A stretch of 64,000 nt of DNA from Candidatus Limnocylindrales bacterium. GTDB lineage: Bacteria > Patescibacteriota > Microgenomatia > Levybacterales > UBA12049. Position 1 is the first letter of the stretch; each line of letters begins with the position of its first letter. The translations under genes and the position numbers were made by a program. Positions 53,895 to 63,388 of this stretch are shown one piece after another. The notes beneath the pieces are model-generated. The model was not told the origin of the DNA. It ran no database searches and was given only the letters and a program-made list of their open reading frames with translations. The stretch is from assembly GCA_035526025.1 (NCBI GenBank), contig DATLDE010000012.1:20222-84221 (forward strand), in the 5' to 3' direction.

Positions 53895-54650
53895 ATGAAA
53901 AGCTTAAAAACTATTAAAAAGAAAAATTCAGGCAGAGATGCAAGCGGACAGGTAGCTGTTAGGCATCAGGGCGGACAGCATAAGAGATTTTTAAGAGCAA
54001 TTGATTTTAAAAGAGACAAGATTGGAATAAAGGGAAAAGTTATAGCAATTGAATACGATCCCAACAGAAGTTGTGATATCGCACTTGTTCAATATACAGA
54101 CGGCGAGAAGCGATACATATTGAGTCCCTCAGGACTGAAGATAAATGATATAATAAGATCCGGTAAAAATTCAGATGTGTCTTTGGGTAATTCGCTGACA
54201 CTTGCTGAGATGCCAGTTGGGACGATAGTTCACAATATAGAGATCACACCCGGAAAGGGTGGTCAGATCGCAAGAGGGGCCGGAACAGGCGCAATCGTAA
54301 CAGCCAAAGAAGGAGAATTTGCACATCTTAAGTTGCCATCAGGCGAGATGCGTAAATTCAGAATGGATGCACAAGCTACGATAGGACAACTTGGTAATGC
54401 TGATTGGAAAAATGAAGTAATTGGAAAAGCAGGAAGAGCCAGGAACATGGGAAGACGTCCAACCGTCCGAGGAGTGGCTCAAAATCCAAGATCTCACCCA
54501 CATGGTGGAGGAGAAGGACGATCTGGAATTGGTATGCCAGGACCAAAAACATATGCAGGTAGGTCAGCAGTTGGAAATACAAGAAAGAAGAAGAAGTACT
54601 CAGATAAATATATTCTAAAGAGAAGAAAAACAAAGAGGGGACAGAAATAA
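53895..54650 (+). CDS. rplB: 50S ribosomal protein L2 (N-terminally short)
   Basis: [14 protein letters not shown]...[25 protein letters not shown]...GGGEGR. An in-frame stop 27 nt upstream of the ATG precludes a longer N-terminus. Confidence 0.9.
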   Translation: MKSLKTIKKKNSGRDASGQVAVRHQGGQHKRFLRAIDFKRDKIGIKGKVIAIEYDPNRSCDIALVQYTDGEKRYILSPSGLKINDIIRSGKNSDVSLGNSLTLAEMPVGTIVHNIEITPGKGGQIARGAGTGAIVTAKEGEFAHLKLPSGEMRKFRMDAQATIGQLGNADWKNEVIGKAGRARNMGRRPTVRGVAQNPRSHPHGGGEGRSGIGMPGPKTYAGRSAVGNTRKKKKYSDKYILKRRKTKRGQK

Positions 54651-54651
54651 T

Positions 54652-54936
54652 ATGGGAAGAAGTATTAAAAAAGGACCATACATAGACGAAAAATTGATGA
54701 AGAAGGTTATGCTGCAAAAAGCAGGCAGTAACCGGGATGGAATTAAGACTTGGGCAAGAGCTTGCCAAATTCCACCAGAGTTCGTAGGACACACATTTAT
54801 GGTCCATAATGGTAAGAACTTCATAAAAGTCCTAGTTAGTGAAAATATGGTCGGTTACAGGCTTGGTGAATTCGCGCCAACAAGAACATTTAGAGGTCAT
54901 GGAAAAGTTGTTTCAAGAGAGGTAAGTAAGACTTAA
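54652..54936 (+). CDS. rpsS: 30S ribosomal protein S19
   Basis: [12 protein letters not shown]...[15 protein letters not shown]. Confidence 0.95.
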   Translation: MGRSIKKGPYIDEKLMKKVMLQKAGSNRDGIKTWARACQIPPEFVGHTFMVHNGKNFIKVLVSENMVGYRLGEFAPTRTFRGHGKVVSREVSKT

Positions 54937-54940
54937 TACT

Positions 54941-55405
54941 ATGCAAGTAAGAGCAGTAGCAAAATCAGTTAGAATGAGTCCAAGAAAAATTCGCTTAGTT
55001 GCGGACGCGATAAGGCAGCTTTCAATAGCTGATGCTTTTCAGATTCTTGAAGCAACCCAGAATAGAGCAGCTGGTCCGATTTCAAAGACTCTTGAGTCAG
55101 CAGTTGCGAATGCAGTCACAAATAACAACTTGGACAAACAAAATTTGATAATTGAGAGTATCATGGTCAATGAAGGGCAGGCTTTAAAAAGATTCCATCC
55201 CTCATCCCGCGGACGAGTGCATCCTTACAAAAAAAGAAGCAGTCACATCACAATTGTTTTGAAGGAAAAAGCTGTTAAAAAAGTAGCAGTTGCAAAAGTA
55301 GACAATAAACAAGCAAAAAAAGATGATAAAAAAGAAACAGTATTTGTTAAGAAGACAAAAGATAAATCCATTCGGCAAGCTCAGGACAAGGGAGGTAATA
55401 AATAA
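54941..55405 (+). CDS. rplV: 50S ribosomal protein L22 with K-rich C-terminal extension
   Basis: MQVRAVAKSVRMSPRKIRLVADAIRQLSIADAFQILE... Confidence 0.93.
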   Translation: MQVRAVAKSVRMSPRKIRLVADAIRQLSIADAFQILEATQNRAAGPISKTLESAVANAVTNNNLDKQNLIIESIMVNEGQALKRFHPSSRGRVHPYKKRSSHITIVLKEKAVKKVAVAKVDNKQAKKDDKKETVFVKKTKDKSIRQAQDKGGNK

Positions 55406-56049
55406 TGGGACAGAAAATTAATCCACACGTCGTCAGACTTGGAAATGTATTTAGCTGGTCAAGCCGCTGGTTTGATGAGAAAAAGTACAAAGAAACGCTT
55501 TTTCAGGACTATACTCTTCGAAAAATGCTTATGGACAAGCTAAGAGGAGCTGGAGTTGCAAAAGTTGAGATTGAGCGATCAATCAACAGTTTGAAAATTA
55601 TTATCTTTGTTTCGCGTCCCGGAATAGTTATCGGACGAGGGGGATCTGGACTTGAAGACTTGAAAAAAAGCATTACAAAGTTCTTTATCAAGCAAAAAGG
55701 ATCAAATATGCCAAAGCTTGATATAAGAGTAGAGCCTGTAAAAGAGCCAAATCTTGATTCGTATTTGGTAGCAACAAATATCTCAGATCAGCTGATAAGA
55801 CGATTACCATACAAGAGAGTCCTAAATAGCACAGCAGAGCGCGTTATGGGATCTGGTGCAAAGGGAGTAAAGATCTTGTTGGCTGGAAGAATTGCAGGCT
55901 CAGAAATTGCAAGACGTGAGAAAATAAGGCTTGGAACTGTTCCATTATCAACCATAAGAGAGAATATCGCATACTCAAGCTACGCATGCTTGACCAAAAA
56001 AGGATATATCGGAATAAAGGTTTGGATCAACAAACCAGAGGAGAAATAA
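55405..56049 (+). CDS. rpsC: 30S ribosomal protein S3
   Basis: [14 protein letters not shown]... KH domain; SD GGGAGG upstream. Confidence 0.95.
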   Translation: MGQKINPHVVRLGNVFSWSSRWFDEKKYKETLFQDYTLRKMLMDKLRGAGVAKVEIERSINSLKIIIFVSRPGIVIGRGGSGLEDLKKSITKFFIKQKGSNMPKLDIRVEPVKEPNLDSYLVATNISDQLIRRLPYKRVLNSTAERVMGSGAKGVKILLAGRIAGSEIARREKIRLGTVPLSTIRENIAYSSYACLTKKGYIGIKVWINKPEEK

Positions 56050-56053
56050 AATT

Positions 56054-56467
56054 ATGTTAATGCCAAGAAGACAAAAGTATAGAAAGCAAATGAGAGGAAG
56101 CATGAAAGGAAATGCGCTGCGGGGCATTAAGCTTTCATTTGGAGACTTTGGACTCCAAACCCTTGAGACTGCCTGGATATCTGCAAGACAAATTGAAGCT
56201 GGAAGACGGGCTATCACTCACTATACGCAAAGAGGTGGAAGGGTCTGGATCAGGATATTTCCTGATAAGCCGATCAGCAAGAAGCCAGCTGAAGTTAGAA
56301 TGGGTGGAGGAAAAGGTGATACGCATGAGTATGTTGCACCAGTCAGGCCTGGCAGAATGCTCTTTGAGATATCAGGTGTAACACATGAAATAGCAAAAGA
56401 AGCTTTGAGACTTGCGTCACATAAATTACCAGTTAAAACAAGATTTGTATTTAAAGGAGAAAGATAA
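56054..56467 (+). CDS. rplP: 50S ribosomal protein L16
   Basis: [15 protein letters not shown]... Confidence 0.95.
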   Translation: MLMPRRQKYRKQMRGSMKGNALRGIKLSFGDFGLQTLETAWISARQIEAGRRAITHYTQRGGRVWIRIFPDKPISKKPAEVRMGGGKGDTHEYVAPVRPGRMLFEISGVTHEIAKEALRLASHKLPVKTRFVFKGER

Positions 56468-56470
56468 ATT

Positions 56471-56731
56471 ATGAAATTAAATATTAAAAAAGAATTACAC
56501 ACTAAATCATTAGCTGAGCTGAGAGCTCAACTGAAAGTGGCAAAAGAGGAAAAACGCGTACTGAATCTTGATCACGAGATGGGAAAATTAAAAAACACCA
56601 GTGCGGTTAATCAGAAAAGAGTTGAAATTGCCGTGATCAGCACAATTATAAAAGAGAAAACAACTGAAGCCGAAGCGCTTGCAGCAAAAGCATTAGTCAG
56701 TGAAATTAAAGAAAAAGGAGGTAAAAAATGA
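56471..56731 (+). CDS. rpmC: 50S ribosomal protein L29
   Basis: LHTKSLAELRAQLKVAKEEKRVLNL... Confidence 0.85.
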   Translation: MKLNIKKELHTKSLAELRAQLKVAKEEKRVLNLDHEMGKLKNTSAVNQKRVEIAVISTIIKEKTTEAEALAAKALVSEIKEKGGKK

Positions 56732-56970
56732 GTAAAGTATTAGTAGGAAAAGTAGTATCTATAAAAATGACAGACACTGTGCTTGTGGAGGTAACCCGAA
56801 GAACCCCTCACAAGCTATACGGAAAGCTAATAAAGAGAAGCAAGAAATTTAAAGTTGCTTTGAATGGACTCGCACCAGTTATCGGTAATACTGTAAAGAT
56901 TGAAGAAACCAAACCAGTTTCAAAAGAAAAGTATTTTAAATTGATTGAGATTGAGGAGAAAAAAATATGA
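56728..56970 (+). CDS. rpsQ: 30S ribosomal protein S17
   Basis: [30 protein letters not shown]... Confidence 0.9.
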   Translation: MSKVLVGKVVSIKMTDTVLVEVTRRTPHKLYGKLIKRSKKFKVALNGLAPVIGNTVKIEETKPVSKEKYFKLIEIEEKKI

Positions 56971-57341
56971 TACAGCTTAGAAGCATAATAAATAGCGCAG
57001 ATAACTCGGGAGCCAAGCAACTTGCCGTGATACACGTTTATGGTGGATCAAAGCATAAATTTGCCAGAATTGGGGATGTTATCCACTGCGTTGTAAAAGA
57101 AGCTGCACCAAACGGGCAGGTAAAAGATAGTGAGATGGTAAAATGCGTTGTTGTCAGAACCAGAAAAGAATTCAGACGAGCTGACGGGTCATATATCCGC
57201 TTCTCAGATAACGCAGCTGTAGTAATTGACAATGCCAAGGATAAAAACGTTCGAGGAACTAGGATCTTTGGCCCAATTGCAAGAGAAGTAAAAGATCGCG
57301 GATTTGCAAAAATTGCCAGTATGGCAACAGAAGTTTTATAG
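56967..57341 (+). CDS. rplN: 50S ribosomal protein L14
   Basis: [24 protein letters not shown]... Confidence 0.95.
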   Translation: MIQLRSIINSADNSGAKQLAVIHVYGGSKHKFARIGDVIHCVVKEAAPNGQVKDSEMVKCVVVRTRKEFRRADGSYIRFSDNAAVVIDNAKDKNVRGTRIFGPIAREVKDRGFAKIASMATEVL

Positions 57342-57351
57342 AAATAAATAT

Positions 57352-57657
57352 ATGAAATTAATAAAAGGAGACATAGTTAAAGTAGTAGCAGGAAAAGATA
57401 GCGGTAAAACCGGCAAGATTGAGCGAACAGACTCTAAAAAGGGAAGAGTTCTTGTTGAAGGTGTCAATCAATACAAGAGACACATTAAAGCTAAGATGGC
57501 TGGTCAGAAATCAGAAATTATCACGATTACAAAGAGCTTGCCAGTATCAAATGTTGCATTGCTTTGTCCGAAATGCAAAAAGCAGACAAGAATAGGCTAC
57601 AAGGTCTTAAAAGAAGGAAAAAGCAGAATTTGCAAGAAATGTAATAAAGAAATATGA
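57352..57657 (+). CDS. rplX: 50S ribosomal protein L24 (KOW) with C-terminal CxxC...CxxC zinc-ribbon-like extension
   Basis: Start placed at MKLIKGDIVKVVAGKDSGKTGKI (ATG at 57352; the ORF-track start at 57304 overlaps rplN). C-terminal CPKCKKQTRIGYKVLKEGKSRICKKC. Confidence 0.85.
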   Translation: MKLIKGDIVKVVAGKDSGKTGKIERTDSKKGRVLVEGVNQYKRHIKAKMAGQKSEIITITKSLPVSNVALLCPKCKKQTRIGYKVLKEGKSRICKKCNKEI

Positions 57658-58208
57658 CAGACTTACGAAAAAGATACACAGAAGACATGGTTACAAAACT
57701 TCAGAAAAAACTGAATGTTAAAAATCCAATGAGTGTTCCAAAGCTCTCAAAGATAGTTATCAACATGGGTGTTAAAGACGCTGTTGCTGACAAAAAGAAC
57801 ATTGATAAGATGAGCACTGTTCTGACACAAATTACAGGACAAAAAGTCAAAGTGACACGTGCTAAAAAAGCTATTGCTAGTTTTAAGCTTAGAATTGGTG
57901 ACCCGATTGGTCTAGTTGCAACTCTTAGAGGGGCAAGAATGTATGATTTTTATGACAAAGTAGTCAAAATTGTCCTTCCAAGAATAAAAGACTTCAGAGG
58001 AGTCAAAAGAACAAGTTTTGATAAATCAGGAAATTATACTTTGGGACTTCGTGAATATTCTGTATTTCCAGAAATTGATCCGGGAAGTGTCGAGAAGCTT
58101 CAGGGAATGGAAGTGGTTATTGTAACAACAGCAAAAAACACAAATGATTCGTTGGCGCTTCTTGAAGAATTAGGTATGCCTTTTACGAAGGAGGCAGCAA
58201 AAGAGTAA
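57654..58208 (+). CDS. rplE: 50S ribosomal protein L5
   Basis: ...PKLSKIVINMGV...; 184 aa. Confidence 0.93.
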   Translation: MTDLRKRYTEDMVTKLQKKLNVKNPMSVPKLSKIVINMGVKDAVADKKNIDKMSTVLTQITGQKVKVTRAKKAIASFKLRIGDPIGLVATLRGARMYDFYDKVVKIVLPRIKDFRGVKRTSFDKSGNYTLGLREYSVFPEIDPGSVEKLQGMEVVIVTTAKNTNDSLALLEELGMPFTKEAAKE

Positions 58209-58255
58209 TAATAGGAGAAAGTGTGCTATAATCGTGCGTAGCAAAATATAATAAT

Positions 58256-58441
58256 ATGGCTAAGAAATCAAACGTAGTTCAATCAGCAAAAAAACCAAAA
58301 TTCTCGAGTAGAATTGTTAATCGCTGTGGAATTTGCGGAAGATATCGTGGCTATTACAGAAGATTTGGATTGTGCAGAATTTGTTTTAGAGAAAGAGCGA
58401 TGAAAGGAGAATTGCCAGGCGTGCTAAAAGCCAGCTGGTAA
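58256..58441 (+). CDS. rpsZ: 30S ribosomal protein S14 type Z (zinc-binding)
   Basis: 61 aa; [20 protein letters not shown]. Confidence 0.93.
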   Translation: MAKKSNVVQSAKKPKFSSRIVNRCGICGRYRGYYRRFGLCRICFRERAMKGELPGVLKASW

Positions 58442-58449
58442 ATAAATAT

Positions 58450-58830
58450 ATGTATCATGACTTTGTTATTCAACTAAAAAATGCGGCAATGGCTCGTAAA
58501 AAAGATATCGTAACGCCATACGCGAACCTAAATAAAGCAATTGCAAAAGCGCTTATTAAAGAAGGGTTTTTGGAGACTGTTAAAGAAGAGACAGAGGATG
58601 GCAAAAAATCTCTTACTGTTCGTCTTCGCTACCAAAGACGAAAGCCGGCTATTACTGATTTATTGCTTATCTCGAAACCATCTCTTCGAAAATATGTAAC
58701 AACTGGCGAGATCGCAAGAATTCAGGGAAAAGCAACAGTTGCAATTCTTTCAACAAACACAGGCGTAATATCAGGAAGGGAGGCAATAAAGAAGGGCGTT
58801 GGAGGCGAGCTATTATTCAAGATCTGGTAA
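58450..58830 (+). CDS. rpsH: 30S ribosomal protein S8
   Basis: 126 aa; ...LKNAAMARKKDIV...IAKALIKEGFL... Confidence 0.9.
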   Translation: MYHDFVIQLKNAAMARKKDIVTPYANLNKAIAKALIKEGFLETVKEETEDGKKSLTVRLRYQRRKPAITDLLLISKPSLRKYVTTGEIARIQGKATVAILSTNTGVISGREAIKKGVGGELLFKIW

Positions 58831-58934
58831 CAGGTTTTGTTTAAACTTAGTAACCAGCCTTAATATCAAAGATTAAAAATCAAATATTAAAAATATTTTT
58901 GATCTTTTATATTTAATTTTTTATTTTTTAACAT

Positions 58935-59489
58935 ATGTCAAAAGTCGGAAAATTACCAATCACTATTGCCAATGGAGTTAACCTCACTGATTCTGAAAAA
59001 TCTGTACAGGTAACAGGACCTAAAGGATCAGCAACTGTAAATAAGCCTGAAGGACTTGATCTTGCAGTAAATGAGGGAATAGCAGTAGTGAGCGCTAAGG
59101 ATCCAAATGACAAAAAAATAAGAGCAATGTTCGGGATGTTCAGAGCCAATTTAGCAAACGCTGTAAAAGGAGTAGACACAGGATTTGAAAAAAAACTTGA
59201 GATGACAGGAGTTGGATATCGAGCAGTTATTCAGGGAGCTGATCTGGTTCTCTCAGTTGGTTACTCACATCCTGTAAAATTCAGCCCAAAAGAGGGAATA
59301 AAATTGGCAGTTGCAGATAATGTGATTTCAGTATTGGGAATAGATAAAGCAATGGTTGGGGAAATGGCTGCTGAAATAAGAGCAGTCCGCCCACCAGAAC
59401 CATACAAAGGAAAAGGAATAAGGTATCAGGGAGAATATATTAGAAGAAAAGCCGGTAAGGCAGCAAAAGCAGCAGGAGCAACCAAATAA
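58935..59489 (+). CDS. rplF: 50S ribosomal protein L6
   Basis: MSKVGKLPITIANGVNLT...VTGPKG. Confidence 0.93.
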   Translation: MSKVGKLPITIANGVNLTDSEKSVQVTGPKGSATVNKPEGLDLAVNEGIAVVSAKDPNDKKIRAMFGMFRANLANAVKGVDTGFEKKLEMTGVGYRAVIQGADLVLSVGYSHPVKFSPKEGIKLAVADNVISVLGIDKAMVGEMAAEIRAVRPPEPYKGKGIRYQGEYIRRKAGKAAKAAGATK

Positions 59490-59493
59490 TAAT

Positions 59494-59838
59494 ATGAATA
59501 TTAAAACTACAAGACTCAAAAGACAAACAAGAATCAGAAAAAAAGTAAGTGCAAGTTCAGACCGTGTGAGACTTTCTGTATTCCGTTCAAACAAGTATAT
59601 CTATGCACAGATAATTGATAAAAATGGTGACACTTTGATGGGAATTTCTGAAAAAGCATTAGCAGCAAAAGGAAAGGTCACACCAACAGAACGGGCAAAA
59701 GAGCTTGGAGTAGCAATTGCAAAGTTGGCGCTTTCCAAAAAAGTCAAAGAAGTAGCTTTTGATAAAGGAAGATTCTCATATCATGGAAGAGTTGAAGCTG
59801 TTGCAACTGGTGCAAGAGAAGGAGGGTTGAAATTCTAA
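59494..59838 (+). CDS. rplR: 50S ribosomal protein L18
   Basis: ...RLSVFRSNKYIYAQIID... Confidence 0.9.
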   Translation: MNIKTTRLKRQTRIRKKVSASSDRVRLSVFRSNKYIYAQIIDKNGDTLMGISEKALAAKGKVTPTERAKELGVAIAKLALSKKVKEVAFDKGRFSYHGRVEAVATGAREGGLKF

Positions 59839-60347
59839 TGAGACAACGACCACAAAATCGATTAAATTCAACACCTAGTGAATTTGAGGAACTGATTGTT
59901 CAGATCAATAGAGTTTCTAAGAAAACAAAGGGTGGAAATAAAGTTGGTTTCTCAGCGCTGACTGTAGTAGGGGACAAAAAGGGAAAAGTAGGCGTAGGGC
60001 TTGGTAAAGCTCCAGACGTTGCGGCTGCAATTCGTAAGGGAATCTCACAAGCAAAAAAACACTTGGTTGATGTGCCACTTGTTAATGGTTCAATTCCTTT
60101 TAGAATTGACATAAAGCTAGGTGCTGCAAGAATCATGCTTAAGCCTGCTCCTCATGGATCAGGGGTTATTGCAGGTGGATCTGTGAGAAGTGTCGTGACC
60201 TTAGCTGGAATTGAGAATATCTCATCCAAAGTCTTGGGCACAAGAAACAAAATCAGCAATATCTATGCAACGCTTGAAGCTTTGAGACGAGTTAGTGAAA
60301 GAGGCCAGAAGCAAAAAGACAGATTGGAAGCAAAAGGAAAGAATTAA
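59838..60347 (+). CDS. rpsE: 30S ribosomal protein S5
   Basis: ...ELIVQINRVSKKTKGGNKVGFSALTVVGD... Confidence 0.93.
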   Translation: MRQRPQNRLNSTPSEFEELIVQINRVSKKTKGGNKVGFSALTVVGDKKGKVGVGLGKAPDVAAAIRKGISQAKKHLVDVPLVNGSIPFRIDIKLGAARIMLKPAPHGSGVIAGGSVRSVVTLAGIENISSKVLGTRNKISNIYATLEALRRVSERGQKQKDRLEAKGKN

Positions 60348-60352
60348 AATAT

Positions 60353-60790
60353 ATGAACTTAAATAATCTTGAAAAAATAACAACTAAAAAGAAACGACGC
60401 GTAGGGCTAGGTCACGGTTCAGGACGTGGAAAAACCAGTGGACGGGGAACTAAAGGTCAAAAAGCCAGAGGAGATGTGCCGCTAGATTTTGAGGGAGGAG
60501 CGCTTCCTCTTATAAAGCGTCTTCCATTTCTCCGGGGAAAAGGAAAAAACAAAACATTTAGAAAAGATCCATATGTTATAAATGTTGGTCTTTTGAATAC
60601 GCTTCCAAAAAATTCAACTGTTGATATTGAAAGTCTTGCAAAACTAAGACTTGTAAATCTTGAGGACGCAACTAAAAACGGCGTTAAGATATTGGGAGAT
60701 GGGGAACTATCTGTAGCGCTGACTGTTAAGCTTCCTGCATCAAAAAGCGCTATTGAGAAAATTACAAAAGCAGGAGGAAGCGTAGTTTAG
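60353..60790 (+). CDS. rplO: 50S ribosomal protein L15 (follows S5 directly; no L30 gene)
   Basis: ...RRVGLGHGSGRGKTSGRGTKGQKAR... Confidence 0.9.
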   Translation: MNLNNLEKITTKKKRRVGLGHGSGRGKTSGRGTKGQKARGDVPLDFEGGALPLIKRLPFLRGKGKNKTFRKDPYVINVGLLNTLPKNSTVDIESLAKLRLVNLEDATKNGVKILGDGELSVALTVKLPASKSAIEKITKAGGSVV

Positions 60791-60867
60791 TAATTAGTAT
60801 TTTGTATTTAGTAATTTCTTGTTTTACTCTATACTAGATATTAGCTACGAAACATCTTTCCAAGAAC

Positions 60868-62154
60868 ATGAATAGCTTTCTCGACACTCTCAAAAATGCA
60901 TTTAGGTCCCAAGACATCAGAAAGAGGATCCTCTTTACCCTCGGCATATTTCTTGTATTTAGATTCCTAGCACATATTCCGGTATCAGGAGTTGATGTAG
61001 TAGCTCTTAAAAATCTTTTTGCGGGCAATCAATTTTTGGGATTATTAAATATTTTCTCTGGCGGAACCCTGGCCAATTTCTCAATTATGGCCCTTGGGCT
61101 TAATCCATACATTAACGCATCAATTATTCTCCAGCTTTTGACTATGGTTTTTCCAAAGCTTGAAGAGCTCTCAAAAGAAGGAGAGTCAGGGAGAAGGAAG
61201 ATCAATCAATATACGAGATTTTTGACAATTCCACTTGCAGCTCTTCAGGCTATTGGAATGTATGCCTTGTTAAGAAGTCAGGGAATTGTGACAACTCTTC
61301 AGCCTATTACTTTCGTTGCGTTTATTGCAACGCTGGTCGCGGGGACAATGTTTTTGGTTTGGCTTGGGGAACTTATTACAGAACGAGGAGTGGGAAATGG
61401 AATATCTCTTATGATTTTTGCTGGTATCGTAGGAGGCTTCCCTGTGTTATTTGGACAGACTATTTCAACAGCAACTGCTGAAAATTCACTAAGTCTTATT
61501 ACTCTTGTTGGGCTTGGGTTGGTTGTTGTAGCAGCTGTTATCCTGATGACTGAGGCAACCAGGCAAATTACAGTTTTCTATGCAAAAAGAGTCCGCGGAA
61601 ATAAGATGAGTGGGGGAGAGTCTACTCACCTTCCATTAAGACTAAATCAAGCAGGGGTTATACCTATTATTTTTGCGGTATCAATTGTTTTATTGCCCTC
61701 TCTTCTTGCTAATTTTTTCCAGGCTTCCAAGAACCCGCTTTTAGCTGGATTTGCACAAAACGTAAATATTTGGTTTGCACCAAGTAGTATTCCATATAAT
61801 GTGTTATATTTTCTTTTGGTTGTTGGTTTCACTTTTTTCTATACTGCTATTGTATTTAATCCTAAAAAAATCTCAGAAGAGATCCAGAAGCATGGAGGAT
61901 TTATACCAGGTATAAGACCAGGTGGGCCAACGACTAAATACCTTAATTATATTTTAACAAGAATAACTCTAGCGGGCGCATCCTTTCTAGGTATCATAGC
62001 AATTCTTCCTGAAATCGCTAGATCAATAACCGGGGTGCAAACTCTTTTAATTGGAGGTACAAGTATTTTGATTATTGTCAGCGTGGTTTTGGAAACATTT
62101 AAGGCAATTGAAGCAAAACTCGTAATGCGTAATTACGAAAGCTTTCTGAAATAA
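60868..62154 (+). CDS. secY: Preprotein translocase subunit SecY
   Basis: 428 aa, 10 TM, conserved SecY core; follows rplO. Confidence 0.93.
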   Translation: MNSFLDTLKNAFRSQDIRKRILFTLGIFLVFRFLAHIPVSGVDVVALKNLFAGNQFLGLLNIFSGGTLANFSIMALGLNPYINASIILQLLTMVFPKLEELSKEGESGRRKINQYTRFLTIPLAALQAIGMYALLRSQGIVTTLQPITFVAFIATLVAGTMFLVWLGELITERGVGNGISLMIFAGIVGGFPVLFGQTISTATAENSLSLITLVGLGLVVVAAVILMTEATRQITVFYAKRVRGNKMSGGESTHLPLRLNQAGVIPIIFAVSIVLLPSLLANFFQASKNPLLAGFAQNVNIWFAPSSIPYNVLYFLLVVGFTFFYTAIVFNPKKISEEIQKHGGFIPGIRPGGPTTKYLNYILTRITLAGASFLGIIAILPEIARSITGVQTLLIGGTSILIIVSVVLETFKAIEAKLVMRNYESFLK

Positions 62155-62156
62155 TT

Positions 62157-62696
62157 ATGAAGATAATTCTTATTGGAATCCAAGGATCAGGCAAATCTAC
62201 ACAAGGCACACTTCTGTCTAAAAAACTCGGCGTACCATATCTTTCAACAGGACATATTTTCCGTTCCATGGCCAAGGAACATACTCCACTTGGCAGGCAG
62301 ATAAAAGTTGTTATGAATGCAGGCCTTCTTATATCTGATGCCAAGACCCTGAAAATTGTAAGCGAGTACTTGGGAAGAATCGAATACAAAGACGGCTATA
62401 TTCTTGATGGTTTTCCAAGGACATTGGGGCAAGTAAAAGCATTCAAAAATGGAATTGATAAGGTTGTTTATTTAAAAATAACAGATAAAGAAGCTCTTTG
62501 GAGAATATCAGGACGGGACGGAGAGGCTAGAGAGGACGAAACCCTGATGGCTGTTCGGAAAAGAATTGACTCATTTCATAAATTTACAGAGCCTGTTCTT
62601 GAGCATTATAAGAAGAAAGGTAACCTCATAGAAATTGATGGTGAACAAAAGGTTGAAAAAATCCACAAAGAGATAATGCAAAAGCTTAAAAAATAA
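62157..62696 (+). CDS. adk: Adenylate kinase (short form, no zinc lid)
   Basis: MKIILIGIQGSGKSTQG P-loop; 179 aa. Confidence 0.88.
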   Translation: MKIILIGIQGSGKSTQGTLLSKKLGVPYLSTGHIFRSMAKEHTPLGRQIKVVMNAGLLISDAKTLKIVSEYLGRIEYKDGYILDGFPRTLGQVKAFKNGIDKVVYLKITDKEALWRISGRDGEAREDETLMAVRKRIDSFHKFTEPVLEHYKKKGNLIEIDGEQKVEKIHKEIMQKLKK

Positions 62697-63388
62697 TGGC
62701 TGAGAATAAAGGATTTGTGATAGCAATTGATGGACCCGTCGCCTCAGGTAAAGGAGCTTTAGCTGCACAGCTTGCTAAAAAGCTTAAAGGATTCTATCTA
62801 TATACCGGTGCAATGTATAGAAGCGTTGCTTTCTTATGCATCGAAAAAGGAATTGATCTGGAAAATGAGAGCGATGTCGAATCAGTTTTATCAGATCTTA
62901 ATATAGAACTTGAAAACGACAGAGTAATACTTAACGGGCAAGATGTAACTGAAAGACTGAATGAGCCAGATACCGCAAGCGGTTCATCAGTTGTTGGGGT
63001 TTATCCAAATGTAAGGCAAGTAGCAGTTCTCAAGCAGCAGGAAATAGGGGAAAAAGCAATAAAAAATGGCAAGATAGTGGTTGCAGAGGGGCGTGACATA
63101 GGAACGGTGGTTTTTCCAAATGCGGCGGCTAAAATTTATCTAACAGCAAGACCGGAAATACGTGCAAAGAGACGGATGGAACAATTTATTACCCAGAAAA
63201 AAGATTTGACCAAGGAGCTGCAAAACTTAAAAACCAGGGATAAAAGAGATACCGAGCGGGAAGTAGGTCCTTTACCATCTGATCCTGAAAATCTAGGATA
63301 TTTTATTTTGGATAATTCAGATTTAACAGAAGACCAGACTATGGAAAAAGTACTTGGGGAACTTAAAAAGCGGAATTTAATAATATGA
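62696..63388 (+). CDS. cmk: Cytidylate kinase
   Basis: VIAIDGPVASGKGALAAQLAKKL; 230 aa; its TGA stop overlaps the map ATG (ATGA). Confidence 0.85.
   Translation: MAENKGFVIAIDGPVASGKGALAAQLAKKLKGFYLYTGAMYRSVAFLCIEKGIDLENESDVESVLSDLNIELENDRVILNGQDVTERLNEPDTASGSSVVGVYPNVRQVAVLKQQEIGEKAIKNGKIVVAEGRDIGTVVFPNAAAKIYLTARPEIRAKRRMEQFITQKKDLTKELQNLKTRDKRDTEREVGPLPSDPENLGYFILDNSDLTEDQTMEKVLGELKKRNLII

Noticed and set aside
60834-61028. 64-aa minus-strand ORF
   Set aside because: It overlaps the secY start region antisense. The promoter-like TTGTTT...TATACT upstream of secY on the plus strand explains the spacer.
15475-63388. Possibility of an alternative genetic code (UGA=Gly, as in some CPR lineages)
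   Set aside because: TGA terminates dnaN exactly at its conserved C-terminus (...MPVRVQG). It likewise ends cmk with a TAG two codons later, and highly conserved proteins (fusA, tuf, ribosomal proteins) contain no internal TGA, so the standard code 11 fits.
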